Source of the DNA: Cyanophora paradoxa CCMP329
Taxonomy: Eukaryota; Plantae; Glaucophyta
NCBI GenBank assembly: GCA_004431415.1
Contig: QPMI01000061.1
Span: 90,243-154,242 of the forward strand
Direction: 5' to 3'
DNA: 64,000 nucleotides
Part shown: positions 1 to 15,300 of the stretch, piece after piece
How positions within the stretch are numbered: position 1 is the stretch's first letter
How the letters are laid out: every line of letters begins with the position of its first letter
Program-made: the position numbers and the translations under genes
The notes under the pieces: generated by a model
What the model was told of the DNA's origin: nothing
The model's input: only the letters and a program-made list of their open reading frames with translations
Databases searched by the model: none

Positions 1-579
1 CACGTACAGGTTTGCCTCCACACCGAGCTCCCTGGCAGCCATGAGATGCCTGCGATCGGACGAGATGGCGATTGTGCGTGGCGGAATTCGATGCCGCCTC
101 CCATCGGCTCGCACCTGAAATCCGCAGACCTTGTCGTTCGCTCGCGCATCCAGCGGGGTCACACGGCACAGGGAGGGCCGACCCCCGCCCACGCCGCGGA
201 AGCGCCCGACCACTCCCACTGCGACGCGACCCTCGAGCGGTGCGCCATGCCACGCCGCGACGCGCCTCCGCTCTCGCTTAAAAGCTCTCAGGCGCTTCCA
301 CATCCCGGGCCTCTCGAACGCTTCCTCTGATGACGTCCTTTACGCAAATCTCCGCTTCGGCGCGCTCTGCCCCGCGCGGCATGCAGAGCGGCTGCGGCTG
401 ACCCCACCCGCGCAGGGATCCTGGAGGTGCACATCCCGAAGGCCGAGCTGATCGCGCGGCGGCCGGGTGCAGCGGAGGCGGCGGCGGCGGAGGCGCCGCT
501 CTCGGAGAAGGCTGCGGAGGACGCCATCCGCGAAGGCATCCTCTGCGACCCCGAGGCCGTCGTCGACAAGTACGCGTAG
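1..579 (+). CDS. Small heat-shock protein (HSP20/alpha-crystallin domain), 3' part, spliced
   Basis: Exons read VCLHTELPG...ERRFHIPGLSNASSDDVLYANLRFGILEVHIPK, matching the HSP20 pattern ELPG...RxFxLP...AxLxxGxLxxxIPK. Stop TAG at 577-579; the 5' end is outside the window. Confidence 0.65.
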
Positions 580-702
580 GCCCCGAAGGCCTCCCGAGCC
601 GGCGGCCGCCACGCCCGCCGCAGTGCGTGCTTCGCTTCGCGGGCCTCTCCCCTGTAAATATGCTGCATCGATGCATTGCACATGGCGCGAAGCCTGAAGA
701 AA

Positions 703-3700
703 CTATCCGACGCTGCCGCGCCGGTTGCCCCCCGAGGAGCCCGGCTGGGAGAGCGGGACGCTGCCGCGCCGCCCGGCGGGGTCCTTCTTGGGCGTGGAGG
801 GCTGTTCGCCCGAGGCCCAGGGGGGTGCTTCGCGGGCGGCCGGCGTGCCGGCGCCGCCGCTGCCGGCGCCGGCGCTCTGGGGCCGGGAGCCGCCGGGGGG
901 CGTGGGGGCCTTCGAGGGGGCCACGGAGGGGCCCTTGGAGGCGGCGGCCCTCTCCGCCCACTGCGTCCACTCCTGCGGGGCCCGGCCGCTCAGGGGAGAT
1001 GCGGGGCGGGGCGGGGCGGGGCGGGGCGGGGCGGGGCGCGGGGGCGGGCCTGCATGATGGCGACGAGGAAGATCTCGAAGGGGACGCGCCCGACGAGCTT
1101 GGCGTGCACGTCCCGCCGCCCGATGTTCCCCAGCTGCTTCGCCTTCTCGATCAGCGGCTCCAGCAGCTGCGGCCTCCGCTTCATGAAGAGCCTGCGGGGC
1201 GCCCTCGGCGACGGCCGGCCCGGCGCCGGCAGCAAGGCGGGGCGGGGCGGGGCGGGCCTGTTGATGAGCTTGACGGCCTGCGTGTAGGCGATGGTGCAGC
1301 CGCCGGGCTTGCCGAACTCGCTCCAGAAGCGGTTTGTTATGGCGTTCGCCGCCGCCTCGTTGCTCCCGGCCTCGTCCCGGATGAGCACCGTCAGGATCCC
1401 CAGGCCCTGCCCCCGCCTCAGCGCGGGGCGGGGCGGGGGCGGGGGCGGGGCCGGCGCGCGCGCCTCCAAGTAGATGTCCAGCGCCTCCGTGTTCTGCACC
1501 TCGACAAGCCCTGCCCCGCCCCGCCGTCAGGCCCCCCGAGGCCGCCTCGGCGAGGCCCCGCCCCGCCCCGCCCCGCCCTGCGCGCACCGCACATCTGGCC
1601 GACGACGTAGACGCGCCAGTCCTTCTCGCGCTCGCGCCAGAGGGTGACGGCGAGCTTGCGGAGCCAGTCCTCGGCGAGCTTCCGCAGCCCGTACTTGTTG
1701 AGCATGAACGAGCAGACGTACTCGGCCATGACGTCGCGCGCGCGGCCCCGGGCCGCCTCGCCCCCGTCGCTCCCGTTCACCGCCGCGCCCGCGATCGCCG
1801 CCGCCATCGAAGGCTCGCCGAGGCGCGCCGCGAAGATCTCCGCCGTCAGCTGCCCCCGGCCCCGCCTCGGCGAGCGGCCGGAAGGCGTAGAGGGAGGGCG
1901 CGCACGGCGTAGAGGGAGCCGATGGTGACGCCGCGCTCCCCCGCCTGGACCGTCCCCGCCAGCGCCGCCCCCACGCTGCCCCGCCCTCAGCGAGGCGAGG
2001 AGGAGGGGGCGGGGGCGGGGGCGGGGGCGGACAAGTCGTCCCAGACGCGGGGCACGGAGGGGGCGCGCTGGGCGACGGCGATGCGGCGGAGCCAGGCCGG
2101 CTGCCCCTCCCCCGTCGCCACCGCCCGCCCCGCACCCTCGTCCCAGAACGCGTCCACCACCTGCCCCCGCGTCAAGCGCGCAGCGGCGCCGGCGGGGCGG
2201 GGCGGGGCGGGGCGAAGCGGCGGGCCTCGTCCGCTTCGCTGTAGGCGTTGCCCTGCAGGTCCGTCCCGTTGAGCGTCTGCGTCCCGTGCTCGCGCACCTC
2301 CCGCGCCCCCGCCCCGTAGCCGGCCCCGCCGCCGCCGCCGCCGCCCCGCTTGGCCGCCTTGCCCTTGCCCTTGCCCTTCGCCGCCTTCCGCCGCTTCTTC
2401 TTGCCGCCGGCCTCGCTCCCGTCCGCCTCGCCGTCCTCCCCCTCGCCCTCCTCGCCCTCCTCCTCGTGCGCCTCGTCCGCCCCCTCCTCGTGCCCCTCCC
2501 CCTCCCCCTCCCCCTCCGCCATCGCCGCCTCCGCCGCCGCCGCCTCCGCCGCCGCCGCTTTCGCCGCTGCCGCCGCCTCCGCCGCTGCGCCGAGCTCGGG
2601 ACGCTGGCCGGGGGGGAATGCGGAGGGGGGCGCGCGCGGACCGTCGGCCTCGGCCTGCTCGCGCTCGAGCTGGGCCATGGCGGCCTGCAGCTCGGGGTCG
2701 AGCCCCGCGCCCTGGGAGGACGAGGCCGCCGGCCGCGACGGGGCCCGCGAGGCCCCGCGGGAGGCCCCGCGCGAGCCGGTGCCGCCGGCGCCGCCGCCAC
2801 CCGCTGGGGCGGGGCGGTCGCGGAGGGAGCGGGCGGCGTCGGCGGCGGCGCGCTCGGCGGCGGCGAGGTCGGCGACGAGGCCCTCGACCTTGAGGCGCGC
2901 GTCCCGCACCTCGCCCTCGCCCCCGCCCAGGCTCACCGCCAGCAGGTACTGCACGTCCTCCAGCCGGTCCCGGCACGACGCCAGGAACTCCGTCCCCACG
3001 CTCCCGTCCTCCCCCACCATCCCCACCAGCTCTGCCCCCACGTCAGCCGCGCGGCCGGCGGGGGCGGCGCGCGGCGCGCACCCTCCTGCACGCGGAGGCG
3101 CTTGCCGGTGATGGAGTACGAGTGCTTGAAGCTCGCCCGCTTCTTCGACGCGTTCCGCGCCCCCGCCTCCCCGCCCGCCCCCTCCTCGCTGCCCGCCTCC
3201 CCCGACGCCCCCGCCCCCGCCGCTGCTGCCGCCGCTGCTGCCGGGAGGCGGCCCGGGCGCTCGTGGCGCCGCTGGGGGCGGCGGAGGGGTCGGCGAGCTG
3301 GATGCGCCGCATCGTCTGGTTGCGCGGCGTGGGCCCGGCGCCCTCCCCCGGGGCCCCGCGCCCCGAGGCCGGCTGCGCATCGCCCGCGGGCGCGTCGCCG
3401 CCCTCGGGCTCGGCCTCCCACCCCTCGCCCTGAAGGTCGATCTGCAGGTCCTCCGCCGCCCCCTTGATGATCTTCTCTGCGCGCGGCCTCGGCGGCGGCC
3501 CGGCGCATCGCGCGGGGCGGGCGGCACCCATGGCCTGGGCGTCGGCGCGGAGGGCGGGGACGTAGGGCCCCTGCGCGGGCGCCAGGGTCCCCTTCATGTG
3601 CGACACGACCTCGAGGAGGCGGACGAGCTTCACGCGCAGCTCCGCCTCCACCTGGGGGGCGGAATCTGGGCGCGCGCGGGAAGGGAGGGGAAACGCGGCC

Positions 3701-5311
3701 TCGCGCGGGCGGGGACCTCGAGGTTGCCGGCGAAGAAGCGCGGCTGCTGCTGGGGCCGGAGGGCCTCGGGGAGAAGCTCCTGCATCCACTCGGTGGCGAG
3801 GTGGCGCCGGGAGCGCGCCTCGGGGGGCGCCATGGCGGAGATCTCCCCGAAGAACTCCCCCACGTACTTCTCGACCCGCTCCAGGGTCCGCCTCAGGTCC
3901 CCCGCCCCCGCCGCCAGCAGCCGCTTGAAGAAGGACCCCGCCTCCTCCAGCCGCTCGTCCACGAAGCCCTTCAGGTCCGCCGCCTCCGCCCCCGCCGCCT
4001 CCGCCGCCGCGGGGGGCGCGCCGTGCAGCCCGCCCGGCGTCGTCGACCCCGCGCGGCGCAGCGCCGCGTCGACGTCGCGCTGGCGCTGGAGGCGGGCGAT
4101 GATGCGGCGCAGGGCGGCGATCTCGGCCTCGAGCTTGGCGCGGCGCTTGGACTCGTTGTACATGCGCCAGCCGTGGAAGGCGGCGACCTGCTCGACGACG
4201 CCGTTCGCCTGCTGCACCTTGCTCATGTACACCTTCTTCACCTCCCGCTCCCGCTCCAGCAGCCCCTTGATCTGGTGCATCAGGCACTCGTTCTGCCGCC
4301 CCGTCAGCGCCCCCGCGGCGGCCGCGGCGCGCGGCGGGGGCGTCACCAGGGCGAAGAAGGGGATGCGGCGCTGCTGCTCCTCGTGGCCGGCCTCGCCCCT
4401 CCACGGCGGCGCGTAGTTCGCGAAGCACGAGAGCATGATCTCCTCCTTCAGGCGCCGCAGGAGCACCCCGTACCGGTCGAAGACCCCGCACAGCTTGTCG
4501 AAGATCTCGCAGCACGCCACCGTGCGAAAGTCTGCGCCCCGGCTCAGCCGCCGAGGGAGCGACGCCAAGAGAGTGCGCGGCGCACAGTTGGGGACGCCGA
4601 GGTGGCGGCTGCGGTCGATGATGTGCGCGAGCTTCATCTCCGCGAAGAGCGCCAGGGAGCGGTAGTCGCCGCTCTCCTTCTGGAAGCTGGACCACCAGTC
4701 CGCGAGCAAGATGCGCTCGACGTACGTGTACTTCTCCACGTAATCGACCGTCTCCTCGAGCCCCGTGGCGAAGGAGCGCGCGTCCTCCTCCTCGCTCGGC
4801 CGGTGCGCGCCCTCCTCCTCCCCCTCCTCCCCGTGCGCGCCCCGCAGCAGCTTCGCGTCGAGCCGGAAGTTGCCCCGCTTCGGCAGCGGCGTCAGCGGCA
4901 GCTGCCGGCGGCGTCAGGGCGGGCCGCTGCGGGCGCCTGCGGGGGGCGGCGCGGGTGCGGCTTGCGCGCCTGCAGGTGCGTGCGGTTCACGAGGCCCGAC
5001 GGCCCGAGGCCGAGCTCCTCGAGCATGTCGGGGCTCAGGAGCTGCAGCGCCGCCATGTCCAGCCCCGGGACGTGGTCGGGGAGCGGCCGCGGGCTCGTCA
5101 TCCCGAGCTTGACCTTGTGCAGGGCCGGGCGCGGAACGTGCAGGTCCCCGCCGCTGGCGACGCCTGCATGGGGGCCCTTCGTGGTCGCGCCCCTGACCTT
5201 AGGCAGCATTGCGGGGACCTGCGCTCGCTCCAGTCAGCGACGGCCGGAAGGTCCCTCGAGGTTGCGCTTCGCATGCCGGCCATTCGCATGCCGGTCAGGT
5301 GCGCTCCGCAT
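703..5311 (-). CDS. Large spliced coiled-coil protein, TSNAXIP1-like (possibly flagellar); ends approximate
   Basis: Coherent exons FRTVACCEIFDKLCGVFDRYGVLLRRLKEEI, coiled coil AKLEAEIAALRRIIARLQ, and AEYVCSFMLNKYGLRKLAEDWLRKL, which resembles TSNAXIP1-family segments. Family call is by resemblance only. Confidence 0.45.
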
Positions 5312-5467
5312 GATATCATAGCTATCATAGCTAAGCTTTCTGTGCTCACCGACGCGCGAAGGGGATTGCCGCGCTGAGGTGGCGGCTGCGGGCCGGGGCT
5401 CGGCATGTTCGCGCGCAGGGGCTGTTGTGTCAAAGCGCTATGCAAACTTCCACCGCTTGCACCCCCT

Positions 5468-5536
5468 GGTCTCCTGGTCGTTCTGCGAGCCGCGCTGCAA
5501 ACTTCGGTCTCCTGGTCGTTCTGCGAGCCGCGCTGC
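5468..5536. repeat. 31-bp direct repeat, two copies, in a divergent promoter
   Basis: GGTCTCCTGGTCGTTCTGCGAGCCGCGCTGC at 5468-5498 and 5506-5536. Confidence 0.9.
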
Positions 5537-5677
5537 GCTGAGGCCCCGTAATCGCGTAGCTATGCTCTCCTCATCGTCTTAAACGCATTTCCAGATGCTC
5601 GTCGTTGAGGCTATATGTGGCTTGAAGCTTGGGCTTGGAGTCCAGCTCGCAGCTTGTGGCTTGTGGCTTGTCGGACG

Positions 5678-8600
5678 ATGGCGGACGTCCCGATGGACCC
5701 CGACAGCGTCGCGCAGATCCTGCGCTCGCTGCTTGTTCCGGATACATCGGTCGTCAGCGCCGCGGAGGAGCGCATCAAGAAGGTCGTCAAGCAGCCGGAG
5801 TGCGTCGGGGTCCTCTTGCACCTCATCCAGGCATGCCCCGAGCCCCAGGCGAGCCTCTTTCTGCCCGACCCGCCCAGCGCGCACGGAGCCCGGGCGCTGC
5901 CGGCTCGCGATCGTCCCCGCCGCCGGCTCACCTTCCCACCCGCGGTGCGCGCGAGCAGGTCCGGCAGCTTGCGGCGGTGATGCTCCGCAAGAAGATTGCC
6001 ACGCACTACGGCCGCATCCCCGCCGACCTGCAGGCCTCCGTCAAGACCGTGATGCTCGAGAGCATCGTGAAGGAGCCGCAGTGCGCTGGCCGAACGCCGC
6101 CGCCGCGAGCGCGCGAAGTCTAATTCGCGGCGCCCGCTCGCAGGAGCCTGGTGCGGCGCGCCGTATCGAACGTGGTGGCGGCGCTGGCGAAGCTGCTGGT
6201 CCCGCCCGGGCAGTGGAACGAGCTGCTCGTGTTCCTGCACCAGTGCTCGCAGAGTCCGCAGAAGGAGCACCGCGAGGCGAGCCGCCCGGGGCGTGGTGCC
6301 GCGCCCGCGGCGGCGGCTCACGTCGGCGGCGCAGGCGGCGATGCTACTGTTCAGCACGCTGACGGAGACGATCGGTGACACGCTGCGGCAGCACTTCGAG
6401 ACGCTGAAGAACGTGTTCGCCACCGGCCTCGCTGACGCCGAGGCCTCGGTCCGCGTCGCCGCCCTCAAGTGCGCTCGGCGCCCAGAGCGCGCGCGCGCGT
6501 GCAACCTCCGGCGCTCACGCGCCGCAGGGCGGTGTCGGCGCTGGTGCAGTGGATCGAGAACGAGCAGGAGGCGGTGCGGGGGCCGACCCCCGGGCGCGCC
6601 CTCTGCCGCGGCCCGACGCGCGGGGCGGGGCGCAGGGGATCTTCGGGCAGCTCATCGTGCCGATCGTGACGGTGGTGCGGCAGTGCCTGGCGCAGGGCGA
6701 CGAGGACACCGCCATCAAGGCCTTCGAGATCTTCGACGACTGCGTCGAGCTCGTGCGCGCCGCCCCCCGCCCCCCGCCCCCGCCCCCCGCGCCGCCCGCC
6801 GGCCGCTGAGCGGAGCGCAGGACGTGGCGGTCCCCGTGCCGCTGCTGGTGGAGCTCATGCTGGAGGTGGCGCGCAACGCGCAGCTCGAGCTGAACACGCG
6901 CGAGAAGGCCCTCAACTTCGTCTGCTGGGTCGCCCAGTTGTGCGCCCGGGCGCCGCGCGCGGCGGGGCGGGGCGCCGGTGGCGGCGGGGCTGACGGGGGG
7001 CGGGGGCAGCAAGCCGAAGGTGCTGACGAAGAACAAGGCGCTGGTGCAGGCGACGCTGGAGACGCTCTTCCGCATGGCCGTCGAGCCCGAGGACGACCCC
7101 TCCGACGCCGACGAGCTCACCTCCTACAAGGCCCGCCCCGCCCCGCCCCGCCCCGCTCCGCGGCCCCGCTGAGCGCGGGGGGACGCGCAGGTCGGCTGCC
7201 AGACGGTGGACGCCCTGGCGCAGTGCCTGCCCCCCAAGCACGTCTTCCCCGCCGTGTGGGAGTTCAGCAGCCGCGCCTGCGCCTCCCCGCACCCCGCCGA
7301 GCGCCGGGCCGGCCAGATCATCCTCGGCGTCGCCTCCGAGGGCTGCCGCGAGGTCATGCGCGTGCGCCCCCGCGCCGCCCCTCGCCCGCCCCCGCGCGCG
7401 CCGCCCGGGGGCGTGGCTGAGGAGGGGGGGCAGGACAAGCTGAACGAGCTGCTGCCGGTGGTGTACGCGGGGACGACGGACGGGGAGCTGCACGTGCGCG
7501 AGGCCGCCTGCATCGCCCTCGCCCAGTTCGCCGAGTTCCTCCAGCCCGTGAGGCCGTCCCCCGCCTCGCCCCGCCCCGCCCCGCGCCCCGCGCCCGGCAG
7601 CTGACCGCGGGGGTGCGCGGGCAGGAGATCTTCGAGCACCACGCGAACCTGATGCCGGTGCTGCTGGGGCTGCTGCAGGACGCGCGCGAGGTCGTGCAGG
7701 AGAAGACCTGCTACGCCCTCGACGCCCTCTGCGAGAACATGGAGGCCGACGACATCCGTGCGGCCCCCGCGCCCCGCCCGCGCCCGCCCCGGCGCCTCGC
7801 CGACGGGGCGGGGGGCAGTGCCGTACCTGGGGACGCTGGTGGAGGCGCTGATGCGGCTGCTGCACCACGGCAAGGGGAACGTGCAGGAGATGGCCGTCTC
7901 GGCCCTCGCCTCGCTCGCCTCGGCCGCGGAGGACAAGTTCGCGCCCTACTACGCCGCCGTCCAGCAGACCATGTCCGCCCTCATGCGGCTCGCCTCGGAG
8001 GACAAGATCACGCTGAGGGCGCGCGCAACCGAGTGCGCCGGCCTCGTCGCCCTCTCCGTGGGGCGCGCGGTGTGCGGCGGGGACGTGCCGGGGCTCCTGG
8101 CGGCGACGCTGCAGAACATGCAGTCCGTCGACTCGAACGAGCTGCGGGAGCTCTCCTACGGCCTCCTGCAGAACGTCTGCCGCCTCCTCAAGGAGGACTT
8201 CGCGGCGTACCTCCCCACCGTCGTCCCCCTCGCCATCGCCTCGTGCGAGTCCGAGGACGGCATCGTCAGCGGCCCCGACGAGGGCGACGACGACGACGAC
8301 GACGACGCCCCGGTCCGCCTCGCCCCGCGCCCCGCCGGCGCGGCCGGGCTCGCCCGCTGACGGCGCGCAGGGGCGGGGCATCGACTCGGACGACGAGAAG
8401 GACGACCGGCCGCGCTCGATCTCGGTGCGGACGGCGTGGCTGGACGAGAAGGCGGCGGCGGCGTCGGCGCTGGGGTGCTTCGCCGAGTGCACGGGGGCGC
8501 TGTTCGCGCCCTACGTGGAGCGGTCGGTGAAGACGCTCGTGGACCTCGCCAAGTACTTCCACGAGGACGTGCGCGGCTCCGTCATGGGCTCCCTCTACTG

Positions 8601-10049
8601 GATGGCCGTCGTTGTCCACGAGACGTGCCCGCCGGCGCACCCGCGGCCCCCCGAGGAGCAGACCGTCCGCAAAATGCCCTTCAAGGGGGGCGACCCCGCC
8701 GCCGCCGGGCCCTCCCTCATGCCCACCGACCGGCCCAAGTACTGGGCGAAGAACCGTCCCGAGACGTGGGGCCTCTCGGAGCAGGCGGCGCAGTGCGTGG
8801 CCGCGATCCAGGGCCCGTACCTCGAGGCGCTGGAGGAGGACGACGACCGGGACGTCGTGCGCACGGCCTGCGAGGCGCTCGGCGACCTCGTCCACCACCT
8901 CGGGCCCGCCGCCGTCCAGCAGTGCATGGAGCGGCTCGTCTCGGCCCTCGTCACGCTCCTCAAGCGCAAGGCCCCCTGCCAGGTCTACGAGGAGGAGGAG
9001 GAGGAGGGCGAGCACGCGCACGCCGGCGCCAGCGCACCGGACGCCGACGAGCGCGCCGGCGCCGACGAGAGCAACGACGCCGGTCCGCCCCGCCATGCTC
9101 CGCCGCCCCGGGCGCTCGCTCGGACCTCTGAGCGGGGCGCAGAGGAGGTGCTGACGGACGCGGTGTGCGAGTGCGTGGCGGGCCTGGCGAAGGGCCTGGG
9201 GCCGGCCTTCGCGCCCTTCTACGCGCAGCTCTTCCCCCACATCATCAAGTACTCGCGGGCCTCGCGCTCGGCCCAGGAGCGCGTGATGGCGATCGGGAAC
9301 TGCGCGGAGGTGTGCAACTTCCTGCAGTACGCGTGCGAGCCGTACGTGCAGCGGGTGGCGGAGGCGGCGGTGCGGGGCCTGCGGGACGAGGACGAGGGCG
9401 TGCAGCGCAACTCGGCCTACTGCGTGGGCGTCCTCTGCGAGCACGGCGGGGCCGCCGCGCAGGCCCTCGTCCTCCCCGCCCTGCAGGCCCTCCACCCCCT
9501 CTTCTCCAAGCCCGAGGACAAGGCCGTCACCGACAACGCCGCCGCCGCCGTCGCCCGCATGATCCTCGCCCACCCCGCCACCGTGCCCCTCCCCCAGGTC
9601 CCCCCCGCCCCGCCCCGCCCCGCCCCGCCCCGCCCCGCGCCGCCCCGGGGGAAGCGAGGGGCGGGGCAGGTGCTGCCGGTGCTGCTGGCGGCCCTCCCCC
9701 TCAAGTCGGACCGCGACGAGGAGCCCGTCGTCTACCGCGCCCTCCGCGCCCTCTACGACTCCAAGAACCCCGCTGTGCGCCATGCCCCGCCCCGCCCCGC
9801 CCCGCCCCGGCCCCGCAGCCAGCCGGCGGGCCTCACGCGCGGGGCGGGCAGCTGGAGCCGTGCTTCGAGCGGGTGCTGGAGGTGCTGGGGGAGGGGGTGG
9901 CGTCGGGGCAGAGCTCGGGGCCGGTGCGGGCGCAGGTCGCCGACTTCGTGCGCGCCGTCGTCGCCCAGCACCGGGACGCCGTCGCCCAGATGCTCCCCCG
10001 CCTCTCCTCGGGCCAGCACCTCGCCCCCTTCCTCGCCGGCCCCGCATAG
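5678..10049 (+). CDS. IPO4: Importin-4 (importin-beta family, Kap123-like), multi-exon
   Basis: IBN_N start QILRSLLVPDTSVVSAAEERIKK...VRQLAAVMLRKKI. HEAT repeats include VREAACIALAQFAEFLQP, EKTCYALDALCENM, VRTAWLDEKAAA, DNAAAAVARMI and LPLKSDRDEE. Confidence 0.9.
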
Positions 10050-10239
10050 CCCTCCCCTCCCCGTTTGAATTCACGCGATTGCACGGGACGCTCTAGCTAT
10101 GACTCGCTTCGAGCCCAGGCAACGCCCGCCGTACATCCGATATCCGTCGAATCCCCAGACTTGCAACAGGTTAGGGGACTGAGCGCTCCCGCTCCAAAGC
10201 AAGGCCGCGGGCAAAGGCTCTTCAGGTTAGGTACGATTA

Positions 10240-12302
<2,063 letters not shown>

Positions 12303-12378
12303 TCAGGCCAGATCAGTCCAGCGAGCAGTCAGGGAGTGCAGCGACTCCAGAGCGGATCGCAGCGGCGCCGCTGTCCGG

Positions 12379-15300
12379 ATGGCGGAACTGGATGGCGGGC
12401 GCGATGGCGTCGAGGACACGTCTAGATCTTGGATTTTGAGAACCTCAAGACTCCTTAGGAGAGCTGCAGAGAAGGCGCATGCTTTGCTGATAGAGCCGCA
12501 TGCGAAAGTCTCCAAGGTTTGCTTGGCAGAGAGTCGCCTATGGCCGCTCCCAACTCTCCCAACTGCATACGTGGTCTGATCGGAGTGCAGGATGAGAAAA
12601 CCCAGCTCCTGGCACAGTCTCTTTCAGTTGCGATCCTCTTCAGTCTCCCCTTCAACGTCGCCTGGATCGCCCCCATCTGGAGCAGGGAACGATGCCGGTG
12701 CGCTGCATAATCTAGCCGCTGCGCCAGCGCCGTGGCCGCGCTGGCAGGTGTCAATTGCCCAGCGGCGCTGCTGACGGCCCGCCGTGCAGGCTCGCGCTGG
12801 CGCACGTCATCGTCAACCTCGCGTGCTTTATTCTGTCGCGTACGCGGCACGTCATGATCGCAGTGTACCTATGGCCTGTTCTCCTCTTCCTCACGGAGCT
12901 GCTCGACCTGTATGCGCTACATGCGCTTGGTGATTTCTCAAATAAATGAGTTTGAACTGGACTGCTTAAAACCCATTGCAGATACCCACATTACCTTCGT
13001 CTTTTTAGTAGTTCTTCTGCAGCTTGTAATCTTCATTTTGCCTGTGATTTTTTCAGTGCGCCACCCGCACGCCCGTCTCCCGCTCGCCGTCCGACGGCCG
13101 ACCGCCGCCCGCCGGCAGCTGCTCTTCCTCGCCTTCGCGACGGTGCTGCTGGCCCTCGCGGAGCGCTTCGGCGCGCCCTTCGGCATCAGTCAGTATGATT
13201 GGTGCGCCCGCGCTCTGCTCTCCCGCCCGCCCCGCCGCCCGCCCGCCCCCTTGACCCGCCCGCCGCGCAGGTGGTTCTGGTGCGGCTTCGGCGGGGCCGT
13301 CCGCCTGGGGTCACCCCCCTCGGCCTCACGGGCAGGGCGGGGGCGGGGGCGCAGGTACGCGTTCGCGGTGCTGTCGAGCTTCGGGGTGGCGGCGTACGTG
13401 GCGGGGCGCGAGCGGCGGGCGGTGGCGCTCGTGGAGGACGCCCTCGGCGTCCTCAAGGAGGAGACCAACATGAAGACGCAGTTCATCGGTGCGCAATCCC
13501 CCGCACCGAGCGACCGCCCCCGGCCCTGGCGGCCCCGGCGCCGCGGCGGCCGAACCTTGCTTCGGGCCGCACGCACAGCTCACGCACGCTTGCAGCTAAT
13601 GTCTCGCACGAGATGCGCACCCCGCTCACGGGTGCGGTGCGTGCTTGCGGAGGCGCGTGCGGTGCTGAGGCTCCTGCGGCAGCGGTGTGCGGGGCGGCGG
13701 AGCTGCTGCGGGAGTCCGGGCTGGACGAGGAGCAGGCGGAGCTGGTGGGGATGATCGAGAGCGCGGCGGAGGGCGCCGTCCGCCTCGTGACCTCCATCCT
13801 GGACTACTCCAAGCTCGCCGCCGGCGTCATCGAGCTCAAGGAGGAGCTTTTCGACGTCCGGTGCGCCCCCGCCGGCCCCGCGGGGCGTGCGGAGCGGCCC
13901 GCGCCTCCCCCGCCCTCGACAGTCTCTGTTACCTGCTCTGCCCCCTCCCTCTCTCTATGCGATCCCCCGGCGCTGCACTGCTGAACTGGGGCCTGCAGGG
14001 ATCTCTTTGAAAACTGCGTGGGGGCCATCTGGCCGGTGGCCCGCCTCAAGGCGCGCCCGCCCCGCCCCGCCCCGGCCGGCCGCGCCCCGCGGCTGAGGCC
14101 GCTGGCAGAACCTCTCGGTGGACCTGCTGATCGACTGCCCCTTCCACGAGCCGCACGTCGGCGACACGGGCAAGATCCGCCAGGTCCCCGCCCCGCCCCG
14201 CCCCGCATCGCACCCGCCCCGTCGTCTCTCCGCCGCTTGAGCTGCTGGGGGCAGGCTACTTTTAACTTCTTGAGCAACGCCATCAAGGTCAGCGTCGCGT
14301 CCAGCTGCTTTCGTCCCCCAGACTGCTCTCTTCCAAACTGCTTCGTCCAACCTGGCCCCTCCAACCGCGTTCAAACCTAGCCCGCCTAATTCAACCCCGT
14401 CCAACTTAGCCCGCCCAACCTAGCTCGTCCAGCCCCGTCCAACCCGCAGCCGCCGCTCCCCCATCCCCCCGCCGCCGCCCCTGACGCGCCCTGTCGCCCC
14501 GCAGTTCACCCAGCAGGGCTCCATCGAAGGCGCGCCCGCTCCCCCGCTCCTCCGCCCTCGCGCCGCCGCCCCTCACGCGCCCCGGCGCCGCGCAGTGAGC
14601 GTCTTCGTCACGCCGGACCCTCCGGTGAGCGGCGGGCGGCCCCGGCGGGCGGCGCTCGCTCGGCCTCGCCGCTGACGCGGGGGCGGCAGCGGCGGCGGTA
14701 CCACGTGCTGGAGGTGCGGGTGCGGGACAACGGGCCGGGCATCCCCAAGGACAAGATGCAGCTCCTCTTCCGCAGATTCATGCAGTCCGCCGCCCCGCCC
14801 GCCCCGCCCTGCCTCGCCTCGCCCGGCCCTCGCCGAGGGCGCCGGCCGGCGCAGGCTGCACGACGCGATGACGGGCAAGGTCCAGGGGACGGGCCTGGGC
14901 CTCGGTGCGCGCCGCGGGGCGTTGAGCTGCTCCCCGCCGCGCCTTAGCTCGGGGGGCAGCGATCACGAAGTCGCTGGTGGAGGCGATGGGGGGCACGGTG
15001 TGGGTGGAGAGCGCGCAGGACCCGCTGCAGCACGGCTCCACTTTCGGCTTCCGCCTCCCCCTCCGCCGCAGACCCGGCCCCGGCCCCGGGCCCCTCGCCG
15101 CCCCGGGCGCCGCGGGGCGCCGCCCCTCGATCTCGCTCTCGGGGCCGGGGGCGGGCGAGGGGGAGGCGTCGCCGCTGGGGGCCCCGGGGGGCATCCCCTC
15201 GTTCACCGCCTCCGAGGGCCCCGCGCCCCTGGCGCAGGGCGAGGAGGCCCGCTGGCGCCGCCGCTGGAGCGCCGACGGCAGCGCCGCCCCGCCGGCCCCC

